Source: Trichoplax sp. H2 (Eukaryota). From it: DNA of 64,000 nucleotides. Below the pieces are notes generated by a model, which was not told the DNA's origin, did no database searches, and saw nothing but the letters and a program-made list of their open reading frames with translations. Location: assembly GCA_003344405.1 (NCBI GenBank), contig NOWV01000182.1, forward strand, positions 62,001 to 126,000. Reading direction: 5' to 3'. This document shows, piece by piece, positions 41,189 to 54,122 of the stretch. The first letter of the stretch is position 1; each line of letters begins with the position of its first letter. The translations under genes and the position numbers were made by a program.

Positions 41189-42339
41189 TCCAACCTCTCG
41201 TATTTTGTGATGGCTATTGCTCATCTTGTAGCACTGGAAGTCTAAATGTGCTGATTGCATTTTTTAGTAATTTTCTATTTCTACTTTCCATGGTTTATTT
41301 AATATTTAGTATCATACTGTATCATTTTTATCACGCTATATCAGCTACATTTAGCTAATTAATGATATCCGGAAGCAAGAGTTTTAATTGTTCATCATCG
41401 TCCTCATAGTGAAGCCTTATATGTTGGTTTCATGTAAATATTGTATAGACATAGTAAATAAAATTCCAGCATATAAATCATATATTGACTCGGTGCATCC
41501 TTGTATATATAATTTTATACTGTAATTCTTTTGCGTTGGCTCAAGTTTGATTGAGGCACTGGTCTGTCAGTACTTTACTGCAGAAAATATATAGAAATAC
41601 TGTGTCTTTTAAGGTAAGATACCGATATGTTTAATATAGGCATCTGTTTTCTGGTTTAAATGACTCACGCAATCTAAATTCGTAATAGTTATAACCGACA
41701 TGATATGATAGCATTCACGTGTGATATCTGCGTACGCGTAGTGCGTTTCGAAGTGCTGTAAGACTAGTTGTGTGAGTCCAGTTCATAAATTGTCAACTGA
41801 TTATATGTAATATGTATAAATATTAACGCTCGTGTAGTATTCGAAAAAGTATGCAAATTCGTATCTTCGAATTGGATCCGTATTTGCATCCATTTTAGTA
41901 ATACTGTCTTCCATACCTCAGACGGCCTATTTCGTACTATAGATCGAGTGTCGATAAGACGACAACAGTCATTCTGAATACTTTTTCTAGACTCTAGACC
42001 AGTATCGATTCAAGATATTAAAGAACATATGCACTAATTTACTGGGACATAATTGCGTCACACAAAATCGAGCAAACAGAGATGAGGTGTCATCATTCTT
42101 GATCGGGACCGGATACCCTTCGCCGATTTGTTTGCTCGTTGATGTAAGCGGGTGCGGCCTGCGTTACTGCTGTAGAATTCGCGTTATTTGCTCTTACTGT
42201 TAATAAAATACTGTACTGCAAATGAACCAATATCTATCAATACTAATTCCTGTACTTGATCCAACCATTGGTCCACAGTGCTTCTGAAAGACTACAGTAT
42301 TCCGTGAAGTGATGACGCAATATTGATATCAATTACTGC

Positions 42340-42952
42340 TCTACAAGTCCTACAACATCAAGCAATGTGCTGGCCTGTTATGTTGTGGATGCAAGAGATC
42401 ATTTTTCTTCCGTAGTCCCTCGATATACTATATGTCGCATCGTATACAGTGTTCTTGTACAGAGTCTGTATTGCTACCAGTGCATTGCATAATAATAACA
42501 TTGCCAATGAACTTGGCTGCTATCCTTCTACCATTGCTTTCACTCAGGACAAGCTGCGTTGATGTATGCAAGGGGTCATTTTTTCTTCAGCAGTTCCTTG
42601 ATATACTGTATATTGTATCTGTATTGTTACCAGTGCATTGTATAACAACATTGTAAATGAACTTGGCTGCTAGCCTTCTACCATTGCTTCTACTCAAGAT
42701 AGGCGAGTGCAGGTTCCATTCATATCCACTGCTGTAATGCAAGTCCTACAACATCAAGCAAAATGCTAGTTATATTGATGTAGGCCGGGAGTCATTGTTT
42801 TCTTCCATAGTCACTTGATATACTGTCTATTGCATACTATACAGTGTTCCTGTGCAGAATCAGTATTTCTACTAGTGCATTGCCTACTAACATTGCCAAT
42901 CAACTTGGCTGCTAGCCTTCTACCATCAAATTAGTTCTTCTGCACTCAGGAC
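42340..42952. repeat. Degenerate tandem repeat, about 3 units of 150-240 bp
   Basis: aacttggctgcta(t/g)ccttctaccat recurs at ~42510, ~42660 and ~42902. caagtcctacaacatcaagcaa recurs at ~42344 and ~42740. Confidence 0.8.
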
Positions 42953-43269
42953 AAGAGAGTGGAGACGAATCACAAATCAAACCTTCAGAGATTTTATCAA
43001 ACCACAGTACTGTACAGACCTGACTATCACCACTGATTCATCAGTACGAAGTTAATACTAATTCCTATTACAGCATGGTATTGGCACCACAGTAGGATAC
43101 AGCACAGTACAATGCACTGTGTTGAGTACAGTGGGTGGACTGTAGCACTTTCCTCTAACGGCCAAAGCAGCAGCCGGTATATCCCCTTTTAAATTAGCCA
43201 GTGGATGGCGATGGTGGTCCTCCGCAAGCTGCAATCCATCATCGTCGCTTGCTTGTAAAATAATCCAAA

Positions 43270-46008
43270 ATGGTTCGAGCGATTTTATTATCCATTCTAC
43301 GAGCGCCGTATTATCCACCAGCCTCACAAAAAGGTTTATGGGGCGGTGAAGGAGTGGTTAGTGGCTATTATACGACCAAGCGTAGAAAGCATAAGTAAGT
43401 AGCGTCCAGCACCATGTGCTACTTTATTAGGCTGGGGAGAAGGGTCCATTCTTGCTAATGGACATCTTTCCTCAGCTTGTTCATGCCTATTTCTAAAGTG
43501 AAGCTGTCTAGGGTTAACAAGATTCACTATAGTACTGTCAATCTTCAGTCCTACCCTACTTGTTACTGTAATCACTCACAACGGTCTATTCTATCCTGCT
43601 GTTTAGAATACATTCAGATAGCAAGAAGCGTAGTATAGCACCATCTTGCAATTGCTGTAAAGCTGAGCTGCCTTGCTTGACCTACAGTAGCCATAATAGA
43701 CATCGATCTCGAAATGCTCTCATCACAGAAATGACACATCTGTACAGTATTCGTCAGTAGAATGGTTCTATACCGTCAAGGAGATAGATGTTTAACGCTG
43801 TAGACTAGCTAGAACGACCTGCTGTAATAGTTAGTTTTGTTCGTGAATAGTACGCCAATGCATGAGAAAAATCAGTCGACAACCACCTCGGAAAATAGAA
43901 GGTCTGCACACTATTGACCAGTTTAAACACTATTCATGCATAGTAATTCATAAAGTTAGCTCAAACAGTTCGCTGCCATTCTTGATGCATGTACAGCATC
44001 ATAGTGTGATAAGTATCTACAAATGGCGTTTCTCTACAATATTGACCAGTAGAATAGTTATCGATCGTCAAGAATAATCAAGACAGCGCTAGACGTTCAC
44101 TACTTGTTTGAGTAATCATGGCGATAAGCATAGTAATTCGTTATGTTAGCAAGTGTGGATAAGACCAGATTAGAAAATCTCACGGAATGAAACATTTATA
44201 GTGAAAGATTATTGGAGACAACATTTGATATGAACAATAACTACCCCTTAATTAGTCCTTCAGAATGGAATTCAATCCATGCCTAGTAATGCATTAAGTT
44301 AGCAAGATTTGCGTAGCACCAGCTTAGAAAATTCCATCGCGGAAATGACAAGCTTACATAATCACGACAATCCTGTACATTAGCGATCACTGTCTGCTTG
44401 AGTAGTCAATCAGAACGGCCATTCCATCTATCTATGCATAGTCCAGTATTCACCATGTTAGCAGGAAGAGCATGCAGTTAACAGCGATGCCTGATTCATG
44501 CATACTGTTTCCATGTATCCAACAATCCTCCTACCATGGAAATGACCTAACTGTACGAAGATTTACTACCCGTATACGCGTACACCGTCAAGAATAGGAA
44601 ATACCACGTTGTACATCAACTCTGACCGTCTGCAAGAGTAATTATCACAGCGATAAATTTTACCCATAATTAGTATAGTCATTCTTTCTGTTAACATACT
44701 CTCGTATAAAGTTTACTGTAGGGCTAGCTTAAGCAATCCCCCAATTGACTGTACCATCCTATCTTCTCCTGACATCAATAATTAAGTGATCAAGCAAAAT
44801 TGTTTCGCTCACGCAATTATTAGATACCATTTCAGTCGTTACATGTGATACGAGAACAGACGCATTCGTCCATTTTACATTACTAATTCTGCTAAATAGC
44901 TCTGTTGATTAATGCGATCTAGACAAGTACTTATGCTACCAAGTGATAGTGCCATATCCAATAAAGCACAGTGCTAATTAGCACATCGTCAATGCAAGTT
45001 CACGCTCCAATTCAAGATGCTGATGAATACGAGCTATTTAAAAGTGGTACTAGAACAAGTCTATACTGTATATTATCAAATGACCAGCTAGTGCGATGCA
45101 GAATAAACATAGTGTTAATGAAAACACCATCAATGCAAGTTCAGGTTACTAATCAAGATGAAACATGCTATTCTTGTCATTCTACCAATGGCTTAGGCTA
45201 TTCAGTACCGAGAGAGAGGCAGTATTTGTAGTGGACTATGCAACATTCGTCTACAAATGACAAAGCTATAAACAATTGTTTGATACAATAATATTGATGT
45301 TGACTCGATCTGGTGTGCAATAGATTTCACCAATAAATAATCGATGAATTTTTTGATCATTTTTCAAGGATTAAACGCAAATGGCATCCCAACGTCCAGA
45401 CAATGAAACTGTTTAGTGATATCCTGGATCAGACGCTTCGAGTCCCAACTACCATGTCTGCTTTAAAACAAATAGAACGAGCTGGCAGTCTAGATAATTA
45501 CATCTTGCGTACACCTGATAAACAATTAAACTCAGAATTTGCCTTTGATCTACGTAAAAAGATCCTATCTAGAGTCATATACCTTAAAAAGAGAGATGTC
45601 CGAAAGTATCAAAAAGCCATGGACAATTTACAGCGTAAACGAGATGCATATCAGTTCAATCTAACACTTGCTATAGAAGAGGAACCAACTAAAGCCTTTA
45701 AAGAGCAAAAATTACAAATTAGAGAAATTAAAAATGAAATGAATGAAATTAAAAAGAATATCGGTATTTGTGAATGGGAGATTTTAGATGCTAAACGTAG
45801 ATCAGTAACAGAGAAAGAGAAATATTTAAGAAAGAAAGCACAAAAATTCTGGATGGAGAAAGCACGTAAGAAGCAATTAAAACAAGCTGCACATGCTAGA
45901 GCGGTAGCTCGCGCACAAGAAAGCCTTGAAGACGAAGACGAAGAGTCTGCTGAGCCTGAAAGGAAAGGAGTTTGGAATTGGATTAAATCTATCTTTAGCA
46001 GAAAGTGA
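43270..46008 (+). CDS. MRPL28: Mitochondrial ribosomal protein bL28m with long C-terminal coiled-coil extension
   Basis: Exon 43270-43394 (MVRAILLSILRAPYYPPASQKGLWGGEG, matching the MRPL28 YFPPESQRGLWGGEG motif) joins in phase 2 to 45369-46008 (IKRKWHPNVQTMKLFSDIL...TMSALKQIE..GSLDNYILRTP...L.SEFAFDLRK). Confidence 0.88.
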
Positions 46009-47668
46009 CCTGGCATATCACCGTTGAACTATGACTAGAACGGAAAAATTTCAATTCTGTGTAAATATATTTGCGGTAGTTTGTACTCATTTCATTCTAA
46101 AAAATACTTATTGTAGTACATGACATTGTAATGTTTTTTATGGCCAATATCTTAACGCTGGGAATTCTAATATAATGCATGGATTTTATGTTATCGTCCA
46201 TATCTAATTATAAGCAAGAATAAATTGATATTTTGCAATTTTATGCTTCCAGCACCGTTCAATAAAATGAGGTGTTACTACAGTTGTCAAGTAGTTTTCT
46301 CTGATCGTCATCATCATAAAATAATGATTACACCATTGAATCATGATGCAGCTAAGCCCATGACTTATCATCATCTACACTCGGCTATTTTACGGTAGAC
46401 AGTTCCAATAAGTATGATGATGATGAAATAATGTTTACGCTATTTTCTCAGGAGCAATGACAATTATTAATTGTATCATTAGAAGAGAAATTAAGGTTGG
46501 AAAAATCATGTTACATAAATGCCGATTGCAGTTGATTGCAATACAAACTAATGTTAGTCTGTCGATCTGTGATGAAATCCAGCTCAATTACTTGGAAATG
46601 AGGGACGCCAGAGGTTCGGTTAAATTTGTTGATAAATTCTTCAAATTGGAGTTACAAATAGCCTACAATGCACCAGTCTTACCTTCTAAAGTGCATAAGA
46701 TCCAAAGGATCAAGTTCAACTTCAGCTCGGAAATGGAGCAATGCTATGATTATAATATAGCGGTCTGCAGAACTACCTCACCGCAAAAGAGTACTCTACC
46801 GTTGGGTAGTGATATTGTCGTAGCTGCTAGCTTCGATAATAGTTTAGTTTATAATTTACAGAGAAAGCCAGTTGTGGACTCATCTTCTCCATGACTACTG
46901 TCTCCATGGTATTACTTCCTTCTACAGTATCTAGTCGGCAGAAACACATACGAAGGCCTAAGATCCTTGATTAGATCCCCAAATCATCTCGCATTAGCTG
47001 ATGTGGATAATTCTATAAAGTTGTAAACTGTCCTTTAGAAATCTAAACTTGTCCTATTAAGAGATCAAGACTTTAACTCGTGGTCAATAGTGTGAAAACC
47101 TGAGATCCATCTGGAACGTATGCGTCCTTAATGACCTCATTCAGAACAGAAATGGTGGAAAGGTAACCCTTGTATTTTAGCTTACATGCCAAGAATAGAT
47201 TAATCTATGATTTTTAAACGTTTTTAAGGATAGGAAATGATCCACTAAAAGGTTTTTAACCTTTTCTAGTGAAATAGAAATGATAATAGATACTGTCATG
47301 TTTTCCAGCCCTTTTTAGTGGATGACAGTTCTGCAAGTTGGATTTCTAGCCATGAAAGACTGCTTAATTAAAGCATGAGCTATTTAGTTGGCGTATAACT
47401 AGCATTGCTAGTGGACAATTGCTATACTGTACAAGTAGAAATGGAATACTGTACGCGTAGTTCAACCCTTGTTGGCCACGTGTTGGCCAATCGTTTCAAC
47501 ATGGAGCCATTTTTAGAAGAGGGTTAACGATATCCAGACGTACTAATTTAGTCCTCTGTGAATGGATTGCGTAGCGAAAGATACACGTAGATTAACACTA
47601 GCGTTTAATTGAAACATTTGAAAGCATTCTTTGATATATTTTATACTTACAGATCGGAGAAAACTGTT

Positions 47669-50026
47669 ATGGAGTCGTTCGATGGACTGGATGATTTATT
47701 TTCCAAATTGTCATTGGAATCTTTAAATGCTCCATTCAAATCATCAACACAAGATACCAAGAGCAATAAACTAAGACAAGATGGAAGCTTACTGGATAAA
47801 AAGAATCCATTGGATATTAATAATCAGCCAATTAATCAAGATAGCGTCAATCAAAGTAAAAAGCAAAACTTGACAAATCTAGAAGTCATGTCGCCATTAC
47901 AGCAAAAATGTTTTATTAAAACGGTTCCTTTTGGATCATTCCAAGTTGGAAGCAACATCAAAATTGAGGTCTTAGCTGTTATAAATCCCAATTACTTTTT
48001 TGTTCGTGATAGAGCACAAATGAATGAAGAAATGAAGACCAGTTATCAACAGTTACAAGCTAAAATGAAGAAACTCTATCAACAATTTTTGCCAAGGAAA
48101 CGGACATGGTGTTGCGGCGATATAGGTGTTGCACGTTTAAAAATAGATGGCGAATGGCATCGAGTAATGCTGGATACTATAGGAAAAACACACGCTGAAG
48201 TACATTGCATTGATACTGGCTACTATCAACAAGTATCATTAAAAGATTGCTTTCCTTTATATTCGTGTCTTGCAAGCCGAAAGGCAATGGCTGTAGCTTG
48301 TAGCTTAGACAACGTGGATTACTCACCTTGCTTGCAATACTGGCCGATGGATGTTACTCAATTATTCTCTTCTTGGTTAAAAAGTCATCATGTTACCATG
48401 AAAGTATCGTCAAGGCAAGATGATATCCATTTTGTTCAGATTGAATTTTACCAGTTAACGGAATGTTTTCATGCTAATACAGAATTGCTTAAATGCAAAT
48501 GGGCTATTACAAGGTGCAACCATTTGCAAAGTCAATCAGCTCGTCATCGGATACATCACTATCAACGTATTCTGCGAGAGTCGCAAGCCTGTTCGGTTCC
48601 ATTAATTTCTATTCCTCGTAAGAAATGGATCGATGTTTATGCTACAGCTATTGTCAGTCCAAGTTTATTTTGGCTCAAATTCTCGCATAATACTAAAGCT
48701 AGCGATGATCATTCGTATAAACCGCATGCTAACACTATTGCTAAGAAAAATTGTGAAGTTGGCTGCGTTTTTTTAATTCGTAACAAGAATGGAACTTATT
48801 TTCGTGGACAACTTAAGTGCTTATTAATGTATGATTATGCTTTAGTACAAGATATCGATTCTGCAATTGTTTCAAAAGTTATGTTAAAAGGAAATTTAAT
48901 CAAATTATCCAATGCGCAAAAACGATTACCAGCTACTGCTGTCCAATGTTACCTCGATCTTGTCAACGGTGATCGTGAGATAAATTGGAGTAGTTCCATT
49001 CTACATCAATTTACGTCAGCTGTAAATGCAGGCAAATTAAAGGCTTTATTCCATACTCAAGCTACCGATATACATGGTATAAAATTGCATCAAATGAAGC
49101 AAACGGATTGCATCGATATTAATCGGATAATAGAACAAGCACTTATTGAGAAAGATGCTATGGATATAAGTAACAACGATGAAAATTTACCCATAATGAA
49201 TGATAATATACATAGTTTGGATAGTTCAGTTTGCAATTTAAAGCAACATACACCCTACCTAGATACATTAACCTTAAGCAATTCGAAATCGATCGATTTA
49301 ACATCAGCTAAAAAGATGGGACAGCATGGAAATCGGCCGAGTGATCCTTCAAAAAAACGACTGGAATGTTTCTCTAGCTTAAAATCATCTCCAATAGCCA
49401 AACCGAAGGACAAATTATCACGCGATGTCAATAATACAAGTAGTCAGCGGAATAAATGTATGAAGGATACATTGGAAAATGGCAAACAACACTCTAAAAT
49501 TTACAGCAATTATCCAAATTCACCAAATTATAATCACTCACAACGACCATCTGATCTCATGAATTCATATACAAGATTGCCTTCGATGGATTATTCTATG
49601 CCACACAGTAGATTTACAAATTACCACCAATTAAATTGGAACGAATATTATTACCAACATCATAACGGTTATCATTATCGACCATTGGAATATAATTATT
49701 CCAGACTAGCATGTTTAGAGAGACCACCTCGACAGCCGTATGCAGGATATAGGACTCCATTGGATGAAAGATGTAGCAATTATCCCTTGCGACAAGGTAT
49801 GGTAAGAGAATCGAATAATTCTGATCCAAGATGGATAACTCCTCCATACCCGGAAAGTGGTTATCCAATGGCAAATAATCCACAATTCCGATACCATCGA
49901 TTTCAACACCCGAGTCCTCACTGGATGATGACCAGGCCTCATCAGCCTGCCTGGCCTAGACCTCAGTTAGGAATGCATCCCCATTTTCCTCCTAACCCGC
50001 CAAGAGCAAGAGATTTCAGTAGGTAA
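47669..50026 (+). CDS. Tudor domain-containing protein: two extended Tudor/SN-like modules plus a low-complexity C-terminal tail
   Basis: Long uninterrupted ORF. Module 1: VLAVINPNYFFVR...DGEWHRV...VHCIDTG...AMAVACSL. Module 2: ATAIVSPSLFWL...GTYFRG...VQDIDS...LPATAVQCYL. An acceptor AG lies at 47652. A small upstream coding exon 47131-47162 is phase-compatible but unconfirmed. Confidence 0.85.
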   Translation: MESFDGLDDLFSKLSLESLNAPFKSSTQDTKSNKLRQDGSLLDKKNPLDINNQPINQDSVNQSKKQNLTNLEVMSPLQQKCFIKTVPFGSFQVGSNIKIEVLAVINPNYFFVRDRAQMNEEMKTSYQQLQAKMKKLYQQFLPRKRTWCCGDIGVARLKIDGEWHRVMLDTIGKTHAEVHCIDTGYYQQVSLKDCFPLYSCLASRKAMAVACSLDNVDYSPCLQYWPMDVTQLFSSWLKSHHVTMKVSSRQDDIHFVQIEFYQLTECFHANTELLKCKWAITRCNHLQSQSARHRIHHYQRILRESQACSVPLISIPRKKWIDVYATAIVSPSLFWLKFSHNTKASDDHSYKPHANTIAKKNCEVGCVFLIRNKNGTYFRGQLKCLLMYDYALVQDIDSAIVSKVMLKGNLIKLSNAQKRLPATAVQCYLDLVNGDREINWSSSILHQFTSAVNAGKLKALFHTQATDIHGIKLHQMKQTDCIDINRIIEQALIEKDAMDISNNDENLPIMNDNIHSLDSSVCNLKQHTPYLDTLTLSNSKSIDLTSAKKMGQHGNRPSDPSKKRLECFSSLKSSPIAKPKDKLSRDVNNTSSQRNKCMKDTLENGKQHSKIYSNYPNSPNYNHSQRPSDLMNSYTRLPSMDYSMPHSRFTNYHQLNWNEYYYQHHNGYHYRPLEYNYSRLACLERPPRQPYAGYRTPLDERCSNYPLRQGMVRESNNSDPRWITPPYPESGYPMANNPQFRYHRFQHPSPHWMMTRPHQPAWPRPQLGMHPHFPPNPPRARDFSR

Positions 50027-51355
50027 TTGACAGTAGCATAACTATTTTATCAGCACCATGGAATAAAAAGACATAGATCGAAACAATTTAAGGATAATTT
50101 TTTGTGCAGTATCTTTTCAAGTAGTAAGTAGCTCAATAGATACAATGACGCGTTGTTTATGCAATTTAAAGCCTCTAAAGGAGATTGATAAGTTTCTCTA
50201 TCGAGACAGCTTGATCTCAGTGTAGATATAGTATCCATACCCTAATTAAGGAACTCTACTAACTGCTAATATTGCTGAATATGTGCTTAATTATCCCCAG
50301 ACATCCTACTAATAGATATGCAGTGCATTACTAATTGTTGAATAATTATGAAATCAATGCAGCCAATGAATCTGGAATTTTGAATGGTCGATGATTTATA
50401 GACTCGATATATCATCACTGTGATTCTTGTCTATTTGATAATATATATATAGTCTGTTAACAAAATGTGAAGTATATAAATTGGATTGTTTTGCATGTAA
50501 TGATCGGTCTCTTAGATATTTGCTAATTCGTGCGTGAGTTTCTGATGTCCTTAAAATTAACATCTGCTCAGTTTATTAAAATTAGATCTTTACATCTGAG
50601 CTTTCCTAATGTTAATATTTATTTTTCATGTCTTGGTTATTGAAACGTAAAATCAAGTATTGTGCATGGCAAATTGTTCTTAAATTATACTATATCTTTA
50701 TTATTTTGTCATTTCTATTTCGTTGATGGAGCTGGAAGCGATCACCTACACATATTCATTCAATTTGATTATTTACTAAACAATACTGTATGATCTGCAT
50801 TTTGTATTAAATGGCTTAAATTACAAATATTGGTTCTTGTCGTTTAAGTGAATAATCAGTACACGTTTTACTTCATTAAGTACGTATTTGTATAAGATTG
50901 CAATAAATGTATTCACATAATTTTTTCAGCAATAAAATTGATCGTATTTCCTTGCGCGAAACTTTTAGAAGAGCGTGAGTATTTTATGTACTTAATGCTG
51001 TTAATCATGGCGAGGATGCAGCAACTTACAACTACGTGCTAAATATAGTACAGTGATCGTACAAGTCTTAAAAAATATGGTAGTTATGCTCGATACTATA
51101 GTTGCATAAAAACTACCATTTCGTGTATAAATATTGATACCATAACGTATTATATCAGCCATGCATAACTAATATCTTTAAAAGCATAACTGTAAGCTTT
51201 GCCATCAGATAATACGGGCTACGCCACTAATTGAAACTATAACAATTATTGATATCTATGAGCCATGATCGTAATTTAAACCTTTTCATCACGGCAATCT
51301 GTTGCTTCAAACACCGTCACATTTGCGTTTTTGAGGAAAGGTATACCTGGCTAAA

Positions 51356-52479
51356 ATCCTACATCGTCGTAACATGATCGTAACTTTGGCGTTATACCAT
51401 GTTTAGGTTACGTATCTGATGCAGAAATAGATCACTACCTATTTTGATGATATTATGGCGGGTGCTTATGATTTTGTGTATGCTTACTCGTATGTAATCA
51501 TTAGCGCTATGTAGCAAAGAGTAGACTCTCTCTACGTTAGATAGAGTAATGGTTTATCAGTCACGGATGATGTGACTGTTATTCCATAGTTTGTGTAAGC
51601 AATATGACTTGGCAAAGAGTAGACGCTGTAAAGATTGTAGATAGAGCCATAGGTTATCAGCCTCGGATGATGTGACTGTTATTTCATAGTTTGTGTAAGC
51701 AATATGACATAGCAGAAAATAGACTCTGTCGAGATTGTAGATAGAGCTATAGGTTATCAGTCTCGGATGATGTGACTGTTATTTCATAGTTTGCGTAGGC
51801 AATATTACGTAAGAATATGTAAATAGCATTCCAGTTGAATATATAAGGCAATAAAGCGAATTCGCTAATTAATTTATCGCTTACGCGTAAAGAGTTATTA
51901 GAGAGTCTATATTATATCTGTTGCGAGTTTTGAGTGGAAAAGTTTATAGTTGTCGCANNNNNNNNNNNNNNNNNNNNATCCTACATCGTCGTAACATGAT
52001 CGTAACTTTGGCGTTATACCATGTTTAGGTTACGTATCTGATGCAGAAATAGATCACTACCTATTTTGATGATATTATGGCGGGTGCTTATGATTTTGTG
52101 TATGTTTACTCGTATGTAGTCATTAGCGCTATGTAGCAAAGAGTAGACTCTCTCTACGTTAGATAGAGTAATGGTTTATCAGTCACGGATGATGTGACTG
52201 TTATTCCATAGTTTGTGTAAGCAATATGACATGGCAAAGAGTAGACGCTGTAAAGATAGTAGATAGAGCCATAGGTTATCAGTCTCGAATGATGTGACTG
52301 TTATTTCATAGTTTGCGTAGGCAATATTACGCAAGAATATGTAAATAGTATTCCAGTTGAATATATAAGGCAATAAAGCGAATTTGCTAATTAATTTATC
52401 GCTTACGCGTAAGGAGTTATTAGAGAGTCTATATTATATCTGTTTCGAGTTTTGAGTGGAAAAGTTTATAGTTGTCGCA
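51356..52479. repeat. Near-identical direct duplication (51356-51957 vs 51978-52479) flanking a 20-N assembly gap, each copy containing a 100-bp tandem unit
   Basis: Both copies begin atcctacatcgtcg and end agttgtcgca. Lengths are 602 and 502 bp, with 3 versus 2 copies of a 100-bp unit (gatgtgactgttatt..catagtttg). Confidence 0.92.
51958..51977. other. Assembly gap (20 N)
   Basis: Run of n characters. Confidence 0.99.
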
Positions 52480-52648
52480 GAGTACTAATCTTGATCAGTA
52501 GTCCAAGATATAAGAAGATTACAGTAATACTTCTATGTGAATTTTTTTCGTCTGCAGATTATATACTAGCGAAAAGATCAAATTGTGTGAGATGCAATAT
52601 TGTGATCTGTATCAGAATTAGATATTTCTAGATTTAATGTTAGCGCTA

Positions 52649-53118
52649 TGTTCGATTGGCCGCGAGACCGTTGTTTAGCCGTGTTGATTGGATTCAGACT
52701 AGTGACACCGCAAGCCGAGGATTAACTACTTCACGGGAGATGAAGCTGTGAGTCCAGGAGGAACTGGATTGGCTCCGGAAGGCCAAAACAAGGGTCAAGA
52801 AGACGAAAACAAGGCACAGCTAGCGGTGGCCAAAATTTACAGTATAGTAAAATGCTAATAAATGTTAGTCCCTGTATGGGAATTTTTACGTTAGAGATTT
52901 GTCTAAAATATGCTGACAAATAGCTCAGACCCAAATAGTATAAAAGGGTCTTAGAGGGAGAGCTAAAGTAGACTCTCAGTTTTGCTAAGTCAGAAGTACT
53001 AGACAACTTTCTACTATAGGTTACAGTTTCTCGTTATTGCTAATATCGAATAACCTTTTAACATTGTAATAAAGTTATTTTTATTCTACGACGTTCGGTC
53101 TCGATATTACTGTGAACA
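52649..53118 (+). mobile_element. Possible solo LTR or LTR remnant
   Basis: Begins TGTTC and ends GAACA (inverted termini). Internal TATAAAAG at 52939 and AATAAA at 53068, about 50 bp before the end. The 5' half is GC-richer than the flanks. No target-site duplication found. Confidence 0.4.
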
Positions 53119-54122
53119 GTAGTTAAGATGAGCTTAGAAGTAGCTATTATTACATGAGGCTATAATGATTAACTTAGAAATTAAAATTTTAACCGTAGCA
53201 AAGGTTCCCATTCAATCAGTCTCTTTCTGGAAAGATGAACTACTGCGCAATTATCGTTTAAATGAGAACTTCCTTTCAACAATATCAAACCAAGCCTTAG
53301 TTTTAGTTGTTTTTTTACCTTTAATAGACTTCAAGGGTAATTCCAATGGAAAGAAACACTCAAATAGTTGCCAAATTATGACAGTCATGATAGAAAAAAA
53401 TTGTCTTACAGACAAATAATACATATTCAATTGAACAAACGGATGTGAAAAACCAATTCGAACATAGAAAAGAACGTAATCTCAGCCAGTTATATACCAA
53501 AACGAATAACTAGAAACTCTCGTACCGATGTTATATGCTTACATAGAAACTTGCCATGAAAATCGAAATTGGATTTTTCTATCCAGGCAACAGCAATTAT
53601 TTAAATGCAGTATGTTTAACTTGTTTTAAAGGCCATATTACTTTATCAAACACCAAATAAACTAATAACATCCAATTAAAATGGAGTCAATGTTGTATAT
53701 ATAACAAAATATCATGTTATTAATTATAATGCAAACTTTTAGCTTTCCTTATTGTATCATTTCTTATTTACTGGATTGATTTCATTCGCTATTACTTATA
53801 TTATCACCTCAATTGTAATATTCTGACTGAATCTCAATTCCATAAGGACTTACTGACATTGAGCTACATAAAGGCAACCTTAGGGACGACGATGATACTA
53901 AGTATAGCCTGCTAATACACGGAATCTCATTAAATTAACAAGCAATGTAAGAAAATCTATGAAGGCAAGAAAATGATAACTTTCAATCATAATTATCTAT
54001 TAACCGATAGAAGACAACAATTTAATCTTCAATAAACTGCATTACTGAGGGCTAGAGCGAGGGCGATAAAAGCAAGCTGCCTCGAATAGAGAAAACTCGT
54101 ATCATCTTATACAGTAAACAAT

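Noticed and set aside
45651-46016. 121-aa minus-strand ORF; similar ORFs at 39984-40373 and 31218-31502
   Set aside because: Antisense shadows of charged coding exons.
46457-46894. 145-aa plus-strand ORF between MRPL28 and the Tudor gene
   Set aside because: No recognisable domain and no convincing in-frame splice to a neighbour; left uncalled.
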